NCBI RefSeq assembly: GCF_006345805.1 | Contig: NC_043004.1 | Span: 81,716,001-81,780,000 of the forward strand | Direction: 5' to 3' | DNA from: Octopus sinensis | Taxonomy: Eukaryota | Length of the DNA stretch: 64,000 nucleotides | Shown: positions 52,674 to 64,000 of the stretch, piece after piece | Position numbering within the stretch: the first letter of the stretch is position 1 | Layout: the number at the start of each line of letters is the position of its first letter | Notes under the pieces: model-generated | The model's input: the letters and a program-made list of their open reading frames with translations, nothing else | Databases searched by the model: none | Told to the model about the DNA's origin: nothing | Made by a program: the position numbers and the translations under genes

Positions 52674-52948
52674 GGAGGCGCAACGGCCCAGTGGTTAGGG
52701 AAGCGGTCGTAGGATCGCGGTTTCGATACCCAGACCGGGCGTTGTGAGAGTTTATTGAGCGAAAACACCTAAAGCTCCACGAAGCTCCGGCAGGGGTTGG
52801 TGGTGAACCCTGCTGTACTCTTTCGCCACAACTTTCTCTAAGTCTTTCTTCTGTTGGCCTGCTCGCTTAGCCAGCGGGGTGGCGTCATTTGAAGGCTAAA
52901 ACAATTGTGACCAGCGATGTGTAGCAACATCTCATAGCCTGGTCGGTC
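52674..52948 (+). mobile_element. SINE family C with tRNA-like head
   Basis: ggcccagtggttagg (A box) ... ggtttcgataccc (B box-like). Confidence 0.75.
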
Positions 52949-53685
52949 ATGGTGATATGTATATATATATACGACGGGCTTCTTCCAGTTGTCGTCTACC
53001 AAATCCACTCACAAGGCTTTGTTCGGCCCGTGGCTATAGTAAGAGACGTGTGCCCAAGATGTCATACAGTGGGACTGAACCCGACATCATGGGATTGGAA
53101 AGCAAGCTTCTTACCACACGGCCACGCCCTGCGCCTATATTTGAATTTTATGCATAATGTTTTGGTATGAATGTAAGTTGATATCCCTTTGTAAATACAT
53201 AGATCTGAAAGACTCATCCTAGCTTTATCAGACTTGCTAACAAAATATCGCAGTGTTATCCGCTTTCTCACTGTTAATAGAAATAATGTGTCTAACAGAG
53301 AATAGCAATTTCGTAATAATGTTCATTTGACACAGTGCGCACATCCAATCGACATTATATGCGCAAATGGAAGTACTGGAATATAGTGATATGCATATAT
53401 AAAAGTATAAACACTAATACATATATACATACATATATACGTACATACGTACATATATACATACATACATACATCTAAGTATGCATTCATTTATACATAC
53501 ATGCATACATACATACATACATACATATATATATACATACATACATACATATATATATATACATACATACATATATATATACATGCATACATGCATACAT
53601 ACATGCATACACACATACATGCATACATACAAACATATATACATACATATATACATACATACATATGTACATACATACATCATAC

Positions 53686-53718
<33 letters not shown>

Positions 53719-53724
53719 CTATAT

Positions 53725-53760
<36 letters not shown>

Positions 53761-53847
53761 CATACTTTGATCTTCCTGTGCTGCTCTTTTCGATGTTTAT
53801 CATTCTCATGTTATATACTTATATACATACAAACACGTGTTTATATG

Positions 53848-53893
<46 letters not shown>

Positions 53894-54478
53894 GTATATA
53901 CATATATATACATACAGAGAGAGAGAGAGTGAGAATTATGCACCTATATTCCATATTCAATTTTTATGGATGCAAATATATGTAAATGCATCTCTTGTAT
54001 ATTAGAACGATGGTTATTTTATTTGTTCTCTCAACGAAACCACTTACTTATACCATAATGCAAATGGTTACATATTCAACACACATTTCTACCATTAATT
54101 GTATTCTGCAGACAGAAACGATGTAAAAACTTGGATGACAAGCCAAGCACAGTTCACCTTGAATGTTTCTGTTAACAGCTCGCATTCCAGAGACAATGGC
54201 GCCATTAATGTAATTCCCAGACGGAATCAGTATAAAACTCTCGGTCACGAGACACGCACTGTCCACCTTGGATTATAGCAAAGACGGTTCGTATTCTAGA
54301 GATAGTAATGCCATCAGCATTCCATCACAACCATGTGATTCCAGGTTCAGTCCCTCTATATGGCGCAGATTTGGTTTCTATTTCTTCGAGCCAAAGAAAG
54401 CCTTGAGTGAAATTGGTAGACGCCAACAGGAAGTAATTCCTCATATATATATATATATATATATAATATATATATATA

Positions 54479-55045
54479 TTGGGTTGTCCGGAAAGTTCGT
54501 GCCGACTTTTAAAGGAAAGAAAAAGGTCAGTAAATACTTGCCATTACATTTTTAATCAACCAAATATGAACCATTTTGTTGCACAATGCGTCTCCATCAT
54601 TCCTTTAACTTGAGAATACCCTCCTCCCAGAATTGAGGTGGTTTCATGGCAAAGAATTCATCAAGGTATCTTTTTACGTCATCCAAGGAATTGAAATTTT
54701 TACCATTAAGACTATTCTGCAGAGACCTAAATAAGTGGAAATCCGAAGGAACAATATCTGGTGGATATGGAGGGTGGGGTAACACATCCCAGCCGAGCTG
54801 CAGTAATTTTTGTCTGGTTCCCAAATCATCAAGTGCCGAAAATGAACTTTCTTATCTTCCATTTTAAAGGGTTACAGGATTAACACAGGTTATAGGAACC
54901 TAAACCTTCTTCCACGAAAAGATAGCTTAAACTGTGCTCTAAATGGAGATGTAGTCAAATCCTTTTTTTATGGACTCAAGCATTTTCTAAAATAAGTCGA
55001 AAGATAAGCTACTATAAATCGGCACGAACTTTCCGGACAACCCAA
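54479..55045 (-). mobile_element. 567-bp internally deleted mariner with perfect 27-bp TIRs
   Basis: TIR TTGGGTTGTCCGGAAAGTTCGTGCCGA, TA on both sides; MEDKKVHFRHLMIW fused to WDVLPHPPYPPDIVPSDFHLFRSLQ. Confidence 0.92.
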
Positions 55046-55176
55046 TATAACAGTCAAATGGAATATTAAAACTTGTACAATCGAACATTAAAAAAAAGGC
55101 AATAACAAAACAAGATAACGTACGCGTGCAATGTATTAGTTTAATGCTCAGGAAAGGTGTAAAGAAGAATAGGTGT

Positions 55177-55210
55177 TTAACGTTTCGAGCATAGCTCTTC
55201 GTCAGAAATA
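55177..55210 (-). ncRNA. Minimal type-I hammerhead motif
   Basis: UUU-CUGACGA-A-GAGC-UAU-GCUC-GAAAC-GUU-AAA; palindrome AACGUU; stem I only 3 bp. Confidence 0.65.
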
Positions 55211-55654
55211 TGTGTGTGTGTCTATGTGTCCATATTTATCCCCTACCGCCGCTTGACAACCGGTGCTGGTGTGTTTACATCGCCGTAACCAAGCGGTTCG
55301 GCAAAACAGACCGACAGAATAAGTATCAGGCTTTAAGAAACACAATTAAGCCTCGGTGTCGATTCATTCGACAAAAAATTCGTCACAGTTGCCCCAGCAT
55401 GACCGCAGCCTATTACCTGAAACAAGAAAACTATAAACTATAAACTAAATTATATCACAAGACGAGGCACAGTCCACCTTGTATTACAGTGAAAGTTATT
55501 TGTATTCCAAAGGCACTCTTTGTATATATTAACATGGTGCCGAAACAGGGTCGGCATAACAGCGTGTGTAACAAAGTAGGAACCCTCCAGCTTGTCTCAG
55601 AGAGTAAAAGGGTCAGAAGTCAGCAATTTTAGGAGATGAATTAAATTGAGTATA

Positions 55655-56555
55655 TCGACCTAAGTATTTGACTGGTACTTATTTTATCGACCCAACAAAA
55701 AGATGAAAGTCAAAGTCACCCTCAGCAGAATTTGAACTCAGAATATAAACATCCAGAAGAAATGTCGCTAAGCATTTTTGTCCGAGTGGCTAACGATTCG
55801 ACCACATCACCACCTTAGAGTTTAAATGGTTTGACACACGTAGCCTTAATACGAGAGAGAGTGTATTGTGTGTGTGTGTGTGTGTGTGTGCGTGTGTGTG
55901 TGTGTGCGTGCGTGTGTGTGCGTGCGTGTGCGTGTGTGTGAGAGTGTGTGTGTGTGACAAAGAGAGGGAGAGACAGAGAGAGAAAGAGATTGTGTGTGTG
56001 GGAGAGAGATTGTGTGTGTATGTGAGAGACAGAAAGAGAGAGAGAGAGCGCGCGTGTGTGTGTGTGTGTGTTTGTATGTGTGTGAGAGAGAGAGAGTGTG
56101 TGTGTTTGTGAGCGTGTGTGAGAGAGAGATTGTGTGTGTACTTGAGGGAGAGAGATTGTATGTGTATGTGAGAGAGAGAGTGAGTGTGTGTGTGTGTATG
56201 TGAAAGAGAGTGGGTGTGTGTGAGAGAGAGATTGTATGCGAGAGAAAGAGAGAGGTTAAGTGTGAGAGGGAGAGGGAGAGGGTGGGAGATAGAGAGAAAG
56301 AGAGAGAACGTGTCTGTGAGCTGTGATCGTGTTGGTGAGTTAATATCTACCGGTCGAGAACGCCACGAGCAGGCAGAATCTTTAGCGCGTCGAACAAAAT
56401 GCTAATTCTTCCGACTCTTTATTTCTAAGTTCAAATTCCAATGCGGTCGACATTGCTTTTCATCATCATTTCGGAATCGATAAAATAAATACCAGTTGTG
56501 TACTGGGGTCGATGTAATTGACATATCCCCTCCCGCTAAATTGTTGACCTTGTAA
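55655..56555 (-). mobile_element. Two SINE family B copies separated by (GT)/(GA) repeats
   Basis: ggtacttattttatcgaccc...aatttgaactcag at 55673; second, diverged copy at 56345-56555. Confidence 0.7.
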
Positions 56556-56606
56556 CTATTATTATTATCATTATTATCATTATTATTATTATTATTATTA
56601 TCATCA

Positions 56607-56662
<56 letters not shown>

Positions 56663-57120
56663 GAGTGAGAGAGCAGTGCGTGCCATCAAAGTGACACTGG
56701 GGTAAAATATACGAAGCCCAGTATACTCATCATGACTACCCGTCTGAAAAGGGTACACTAGGCACATGCATCACAAACATATGTGCGCGACATGGTGATC
56801 TCATATCAAGATAAACTGCACATGACCTTGCAGGTAGGGCCCAGTTAGAATTTTCTTCAGGTTGAGTAGCCCATCCCGCTCAAAAGGTTGTTTAAGGATG
56901 TTGAAAGAACCACCCGTGTTTCCAGAGGTGAATTATTCAAACCCCAAAGAATCCCTCTCAACACATGGCTATGATGCTACCCCCACTACTTCTGCTCGTG
57001 ATCAGAGATGCACATATCGTCAGCCACTAAGGGCCATGCTCAACTGGTTAAGGTCAAACAACTGACAAGCAAATCTGTGGTATTGAGCAAAATATTTGCT
57101 GTAGCCCATCTTTTATACCA
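56663..57120 (-). mobile_element. 5'-truncated copy of the (AAT)n-associated element
   Basis: Reverse complement of the 43374 family with (ATT)n on both sides. Confidence 0.8.
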
Positions 57121-57139
57121 ATTATTATTATTATTATCA

Positions 57140-57276
<137 letters not shown>

Positions 57277-57349
57277 GTCGTCGTCAACATCATCATGATT
57301 ATTATTATTATTATTATTATTATTGTGTAGTAGTAATAGTAGTAGTAGT

Positions 57350-57387
<38 letters not shown>

Positions 57388-57957
57388 TAGTAGTAGTAGA
57401 TTTTGAAATTATAATCTATTTGTTAAATTTTTAATTTTCAATTTCACTTACGTATTGATTCTTATCTAAGTGAAGCCGTATTTTCAGTCTCTCCCGCTTT
57501 CTATCCCCACGATGCCCCTTCGTCTTCTCCCACCAGTGTTGTATGTGTGTCTACGCGTGTGTTTGTGTGTGTGCGGTTGTGTGCGTGCTTGTGCGTATGT
57601 TTACGTGTGTTTGTATTTGTGTATATGTTTGTGCGTGTTAGTGTGTGTGTACTTGTTTGTGTGCTTGTGCGTGTGTGTTTGTGTATGTATGCGTATGCAT
57701 GTGCGTGTGCGTGTGCGTGTATGCGTATGTTTGTGTGTATATGTGTGTGGGGGTTTTTGTGCGTGTTTGTGTGTGTGTGTGGTGCGTGCGTGCATGTGTG
57801 TGTTTGTGTTTGTGTGTGTGTGTATGTGTGTTTGTGTGTGTCTGTGAGTGTGTGTTTGTATGATTATATCGATGGACTTTCCAGAGTAATATTTACGTAC
57901 TGTTTATGAGTATGACATTTAGAACCAACAAGAATTAGAAGAAAAACACTTTCGCTA

Positions 57958-58012
<55 letters not shown>

Positions 58013-58174
58013 GCAACTGCTACTACTACAACTATTACTGCTGCTGCGACGACGACGACGTCGCCGAAAATGATGACGACAACTATTACTAGGACTTGAA
58101 AAATTATAACGACAACTAAAATTTGTAACAATAACACTCTTGCATATAGATACACATACATACATACGTAATAC

Positions 58175-58438
58175 ATAGGTTCATACTTGTAATTATTGGG
58201 GTCCTGGGATATTGTAACACACTGTCTAAATACCAGTTTTAAGAAATTAGGCTTCTCAAAACCAGAAAGGAGAAAGCTAATTCAAAGACTACAGATCCAA
58301 TCTCTCTGTAAAAATCTGTAAAACCTTCCAGAAGTTTATCATTTAAATATATATGAGCATGTCTAGATATGCAACAATACGCATGAGAATACATATATAC
58401 AACAAAACATAAAAATCTGCACATATACATACATACAT

Positions 58439-58480
<42 letters not shown>

Positions 58481-59190
58481 CCTATTGTTGATGTGGAAAT
58501 TCCAATGAAGGTTCTTTCTCTTTTGGCAAGAAATCTTGAAATAAACTGAATAATACAAAAAAAAAACTGATTATGCATGAGTACGTTGCTCGGATGCTTG
58601 AAGAAGACAGTAGAATTGACACGAGGCGCAGCCTCTCTTGCACACAAGACCGCTACATTACATCACACTTTGAAGGCTATGCGTTTGCAATCCAGTAACA
58701 GGAGATTGTGACGCTCTTGTCTCGAAGGAGACAGTGACGCTCTTGTCTCAAAGGAGAAAGTGACGCTCTTGTAATCCAAAGGTACAAATGCATGTATAGG
58801 CTATGCCATGTTTCTGTGGATGACATCACACATGTGATTAGCAGCTGTCCTAAAATGTCCTCACAGTACTAACTTCCTGTGCGTTACGATGTTGTCGCTA
58901 AAACAATTTACAATGCCATCCGCAAAAGAGACTGTCCTGAAATAAACTTAGAAAATTCCTCTGTTATGGAATATATTCATGAACACCAACTCAAGGAATA
59001 CTGGTGGAATATTAACATCAAAACTTCTGTCAAATGTAAACATAACAGGCCGGATATTGTCGTTTAGGACAGAGGAGCAAAAAGTCAGAGAGGCCAGATG
59101 CCCTGCAGATATAAATATCGTTTTGAAAATCAAAGACAAAGGGGACGTCTATGGACAACTGCTTCGAAAGCTCCAGCTTCTATATCCAGG
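58175..59190 (+). pseudogene. Second RLE-type (R4/Dong-like) LINE family, two fragments in tandem
   Basis: 58560-59190: ITSHFEGYAFAIQ, CRLC-like, RYDVVAK, KHNRPDIVV. 58175-58350: FILVIIGVLGY...VKICKTFQKFII* (C-terminus). Confidence 0.75.
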
Positions 59191-59204
59191 TAACATTTTA
59201 TGCT

Positions 59205-59895
59205 ATATCTGCCGCTACGTTCCGAGTTCAAATTCCGCCGAGGTCGATTTTTGCCTCTCATCCTTTCAGGGTCGATAAATTATGTACCAGTTTCGTACTG
59301 GGGTCGATGTAATCGACTGGCCCCCTCCCCAAAAATTTTGGGCCTTGTGACTAGAGTTAAAAAAATTATCCTGAAAATCACCTGCGTAAATTACTCAAAT
59401 GCGCAAATTACATGGGTTTTTACGGTATGTGACTTCCGTAGGGTTACAACGTTTCACAGCATTCTTCATTCTAGAATGAAAAATGCTGTGAAACGTGGTA
59501 ACCTTATGGAAGTCACATACGGTAAAAACCCATAATTATGTTATGCCTGCATATCTGCATTAATATGTCTGCTCAGCATTATACAATACATTCTCTATGT
59601 TCACCAATTAATTCTCTCTACCAATTCCATTCCGAAGTTTTGCTTTTTATTCTTAATGTCTTAACACACAAAGGCAGTGAACTGGCAGAATCGTTACTGC
59701 GCCGGACAAAATGTTTAGTGGCATTTCATCAGGCTATTGGTTTCTGAGTTCAAATTCTATGGAGTCGACTTTGCCTTTTATCATCCTTTCGGAGTCGATA
59801 AATTAAGTACCAATAGATCAGTGAGGGATAGGGGGGGATGTCATCGACTTACACCGCTCCTCCAAAATTGCTGTCTTTGTACCAAAATTGGGAAT
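59205..59895 (+). mobile_element. Two SINE family B copies
   Basis: gagttcaaattccgccgaggtcga at 59225 and gagttcaaattctatggagtcgac at 59746. Confidence 0.8.
59412..59533. repeat. 122-bp near-perfect palindrome with no spacer
   Basis: 61-bp arms, 5 mismatches, centre TCTAGA. Confidence 0.92.
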
Positions 59896-60610
59896 CATGA
59901 TGATGACGACGACAACGGCGATGATGTTGATGATGACGATGACGATGATCATGATGGTGTCGACGATGTCGACGATGATGATCATCATCATCATGAAAAG
60001 GAGGAGGAAGAGGAGGGGGTGAAGACGATATCAACAACGACGATGATGAGCTGCTGCTGCTGCTGGAGGTGGTGGTGATGATGATGATGACAAATACAAT
60101 GATAATGATGATGATAATGAATTCCTCGCGTGTTTCGAACATTTACACCTCCGCTTAAGTGTTACCAAACAATGGCTGTCTTGTGGTACTGGTACGGAAC
60201 AGGTGTTTTGAGGAGGGCTCGAACTCTAATACACTTCATTACAAACCAAACAGAAGCACTTTATCTACAATACACATATTCACACCCCATATAATTCCTC
60301 TTGGTTGAATTTAAAACTCCTGGCACACACAGCATGATATCAAATTAATTGTTAATTATAACACGCACCTGCTGTTTGTGTCCGTTAATCGTTCCACAAC
60401 TTCAATATTTTATCTGCCGCAAGCGTTGATGGTTTAACATTAGCGAGGTATCTTGTACAAATATATAGAGTAGGACGGCGTAGACGAGACACAAATGTAT
60501 GTATATATGTATGTATGCATGTATGCATGTATGGATGGGTGGATGTATGGATGTTATGTATGTTATGTGTGTATGTGCATATGTGTGTATGTATGTATGT
60601 AGTATGTAGG

Positions 60611-60653
<43 letters not shown>

Positions 60654-60990
60654 CGAAAAATAAAAAAATAAAAGAATATATATATATTCATTTACTTGTT
60701 TCAGGCATTTGAGTGCGGCCATGCTGGAGGACTGCCTGAAAGACAGTTAGACGAAGAAATAGACCCCAAGACTTCCACTTTTTAAGCCAAGTACTTATTC
60801 AATTGGTCTCTTTTGCCAAACTGCTAACTTATGGGAACATAAACATACCAACATCGGTTGTCAAGAGATGGCCGGGAGACAAACGCAAACAAGCAAATAT
60901 ATATATATATATATAATATGTATGTATTTTTTTTTAAATACAAATAAATGAAAGAATGCACTTGAACGACGAATTAACAAAATTCCTTTA

Positions 60991-61073
60991 TTTTCGACAT
61001 ATGTTTCGAAGGCTGCATATTCCTAATTTCGAAGGAATAAGGGATGCATTATGCCGCCTTCTCATCAGGAAAA
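60991..61073 (-). ncRNA. Type-I hammerhead ribozyme with extended stem II
   Basis: UUUUC-CUGAUGA-GAAGGC...GCCUUC-GAAAC-AUAU-GUC-GAAAA; 5-bp stem I, 6-bp stem II plus extensions, palindrome ACAUAUGU, GUC site. Confidence 0.85.
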
Positions 61074-61440
61074 GCAAGGAACTTATGTCAGCATCAAAAT
61101 GCACAAAAACTTTTAGATGACTGCCCACACAGAGCCCATAGCGATAATGAGTGTTTCTTTAAAATATTCCGTTATAAGCAGTGACGTCAAAAATGGTTGA
61201 ATGTAGAAGATTCTAGAAGGTTCAAAGGGCTCAAACAAGGTTTTATTTGTATTTAAAAAAAACACACAAATTTCCACACGATAGCACGTGACCTCTGCTC
61301 TAGGCATGTAGCTTCAACCGTGTTTTTCTGACGTGAATTTGCTACCCAGGTATCGGTTAACCGAATTATCCATAATAAGATAATTCATTCAACTACTCAA
61401 CTATATATATATGTATACATATGTATATATATGTATATAT

Positions 61441-61474
<34 letters not shown>

Positions 61475-61808
61475 ATATATATGTGTGTGTGTGTGTGTGT
61501 GTGTATGTATATGTTTTTATATATATATATATACTACAGGCTTTTTCCAGCTTCCGTCTACCAAATCCATTCACAAGGCTTTGGTCGACTCGAGGCTATA
61601 GTAGGAGACAAGGTGCCATGCAGTGAGACTGAACTCGGAACCATGTGGTTGGGATGCAAACTTCTCACCATACAACCACGTGCCTGTATGTATATGTGCA
61701 TTTATATATATGTGTGTATATATATATATGTATATATGTATATATGTACACACAAATATATATATATATATATATACGCGAGAAAGAAGCAACAAGAATG
61801 GATAGGTA

Positions 61809-61897
61809 TTTAGTACGATCGTTTCATACAAGGACAGGTTTTATTAAAAGTTGCAAAGATTACAGCATATAAACGAGTCCCGTACTCATCAGCTAAA
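61809..61897 (-). ncRNA. Type-I hammerhead ribozyme with extended stem II
   Basis: UUUAG-CUGAUGA-GUACGGGAC...GUCCUUGUAU-GAAAC-GAUC-GUA-CUAAA; 5-bp stem I, palindrome ACGAUCGU, GUA site; G10.1-U11.1 wobble. Confidence 0.8.
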
Positions 61898-62700
61898 ATA
61901 CATGTAAGTTCTCTAGACATCCTAGTGTTTGAGGCTATACTCATGAAGTAATGTAGATAATTAAACAGATTTCTAAAGTTCATTAAAGTTCTTTAAAGAT
62001 GATGTACAGTCTTATCACAGAATTTTAAAAAAGTTTTGATAGCATCACAGAGATGCTTTAAATTAACTTGAATCTTTATTGCTCTTTGTATATATATATA
62101 TATATATCTGTGAATGTATGTATCCATGTATGTATGTATGTATATATGTATGTATGTATGTATGTGTGTATGTATGTATGTGTGTGTGTATGTATGTGTG
62201 TGTGTATGTGTGTATGTATGTGTGTATGTATGTATTTATGTATGTATGTATGTATGTATATATATATACGTATGTATGTATGTATGTATGTATTTATGTA
62301 TGTATGTATGTATTGTATGTATGTATGTGTGTATGTATGTATGTGTGTGTGTATGTATGTGTGTGTGTATGTGTGTATGTATGTGTGTATGTATGTATTT
62401 ATGTGTGTATGTATGTATGTATATATATATACGTATGTATGTATGTATGTATGTATTTATGTATGTATGTATGTATGTATGTATGTATGTATGTATGTAT
62501 GTATGTTTGTATGTATGAATGCAGCCGGAAATTGTGAGATGTTGGTTTCAATTCACTGTGGATGCTTGCTGGCCCTTCTTTTCATCTTCAACAGGGTACT
62601 TACCCGATTTTCTAAACATTCTGCACAGATATTTATATATATGTACATATATATAGCATTATTAAATCTCAGAGCGAGATGTAAACAGTAACCGCTCAAC

Positions 62701-63040
62701 AACGTAAAGTATAAAAACCATCTCAATATGGCTAACCACAAAGTGGGGGTGTTACTGTAGCTTTTAGCCCCAGGAGATCGACGTCTCCAGCTGGTTTTAG
62801 ACACACTTTCTGTGCCCTTCAGGTATTTGCAAGGGAAGCCATCCCTTCCTCGTAAGCCTTAGTGATAAGCCTTAGTGATACGGCTTACGAGGAAGGGATG
62901 GCTTCCCTTTGCAAATACCTGAAGGGCACAGAAAGTGTGCCTAAAACCAGCTGGGGACGTCGATCTCCTGGGGCTTAAAGCTAGAGTAACACCCCCACTT
63001 TGTGGTTAGCCATATTGAGATGGCTTTTATACTTTACGTT
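62701..63040. repeat. Long inverted repeat, 158/159-bp arms, 23-nt spacer
   Basis: aacgtaaagt...cgtaagcc pairs with ggcttacg...actttacgtt; 5 substitutions and 1 indel. Confidence 0.95.
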
Positions 63041-63300
63041 ATATATATATATATATACGTAAAATCTATATGTGTGAATTAAAGACAGATTGGTCACGAC
63101 TGGAACGTCCACGGGCAATGGTCTTGTTTGATCGTAGGTGGAAGGCGGAGGCTAAACAAGCACCGTCTTCTTCATGTCAGCCGAGGAAGATCCCAGATTA
63201 AACTGCCACGGCTCGAACCCCTCCACCATCAGAACTAATAACATATTCCTCCTCTTCCACCTCCTGCTCCTCCTCCTCCTCCTCCTCCTCCTCCTCCTCC

Positions 63301-63339
<39 letters not shown>

Positions 63340-63444
63340 ATATCATCACCGTCGTTACTGAAATCATCTTTTTTATCAGCCATATGACTTCAGTATGTTT
63401 TGCATTTAGAGAAAATTACTGAGAATATTATATAAACCAGCAAG

Positions 63445-63660
63445 GCAGCAGCGAGCTGGCAGAAACGTTAGCACGCCGGGCGAAATGTTTAGCGGTATTT
63501 CGTCTGCCGTTACGTTCAGAGTTCAAATTCCGCCGAGTTTCGATTTTGCCTTTCATCCTTCCGGGGTCGATACATTTGTACGAGTTGCGTACTGGGCTCG
63601 ACCTAATCGACTAGCCCCACCTCCAAAATTTCGAGCCTTGTGCCTAGAGTAGAAAAGAAT
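63445..63660 (+). mobile_element. SINE family B
   Basis: gcgagctggcagaaacgttagcacgccgggcgaaatg...tgcctagagtagaaaagaat. Confidence 0.9.
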
Positions 63661-64000
63661 ATCATATATACCAGCACCAACAGCATCCTCGGGCGGTTTT
63701 CTGCTAGTGTATGCCATGCTTGTGCGAAACTACTGCGATGTACTTAAAAGCCAATGTATATAAAATTTGAAATGAAAAATCTGTTAGCAATTTTGAATGT
63801 GATAAATGGATACGGGCTTAAAATATTCGCAAATATTCTCAGTTTCTAGAAAAAAGAGCCTTGTAATCTCTTAATTTTAAAGAAAATAATTGAATTAAGA
63901 TGGTAAAGAGAGAAAGAGAGAGAGAGAGAGAGTGTGTGTGTGGGGGGGGAGGAAACGTTGCAAGCAAAGAAAGTTGCAGGGAAGAGAGGAAAAGTATTAA

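Noticed and set aside
62900-62950. CUGAAGG...GAAA in the inverted-repeat arm as a hammerhead
   Set aside because: A9 is absent and no stem II closes before GAAA.

Overview
AT-rich, repeat-saturated eukaryotic (metazoan) genomic DNA, most likely octopus. That assignment comes from my recognition of the tRNA-derived SINE families and the extreme microsatellite load, not from a search. There are no prokaryotic features, CRISPR arrays, or true rRNA/tRNA genes, and almost all of the supplied ORF track is microsatellite or minisatellite artefact. The window contains many SINE copies of three families and decayed LINEs: RTE-type, a Tx1/L1-type element with its RT deleted, and R4/Dong-type RLE elements in (TAA)n. 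It also holds mariner, Tigger-like, hAT-like and piggyBac-like DNA elements, a Helitron 3' remnant, a 2.9-kb 25-bp minisatellite, several long inverted repeats and one 100-N assembly gap. The only host-gene signal is one plausible 75-nt minus-strand exon (14838-14912). The most notable observation is a set of type-I hammerhead ribozyme motifs of the kind carried by Penelope-like retroelement termini. Four have a canonical CUGANGA/GAAA core, a palindromic stem III and an NUH site, all on the minus strand (39771, 55177, 60991, 61809); three further copies are degenerate. All alignments and folds were done by eye.
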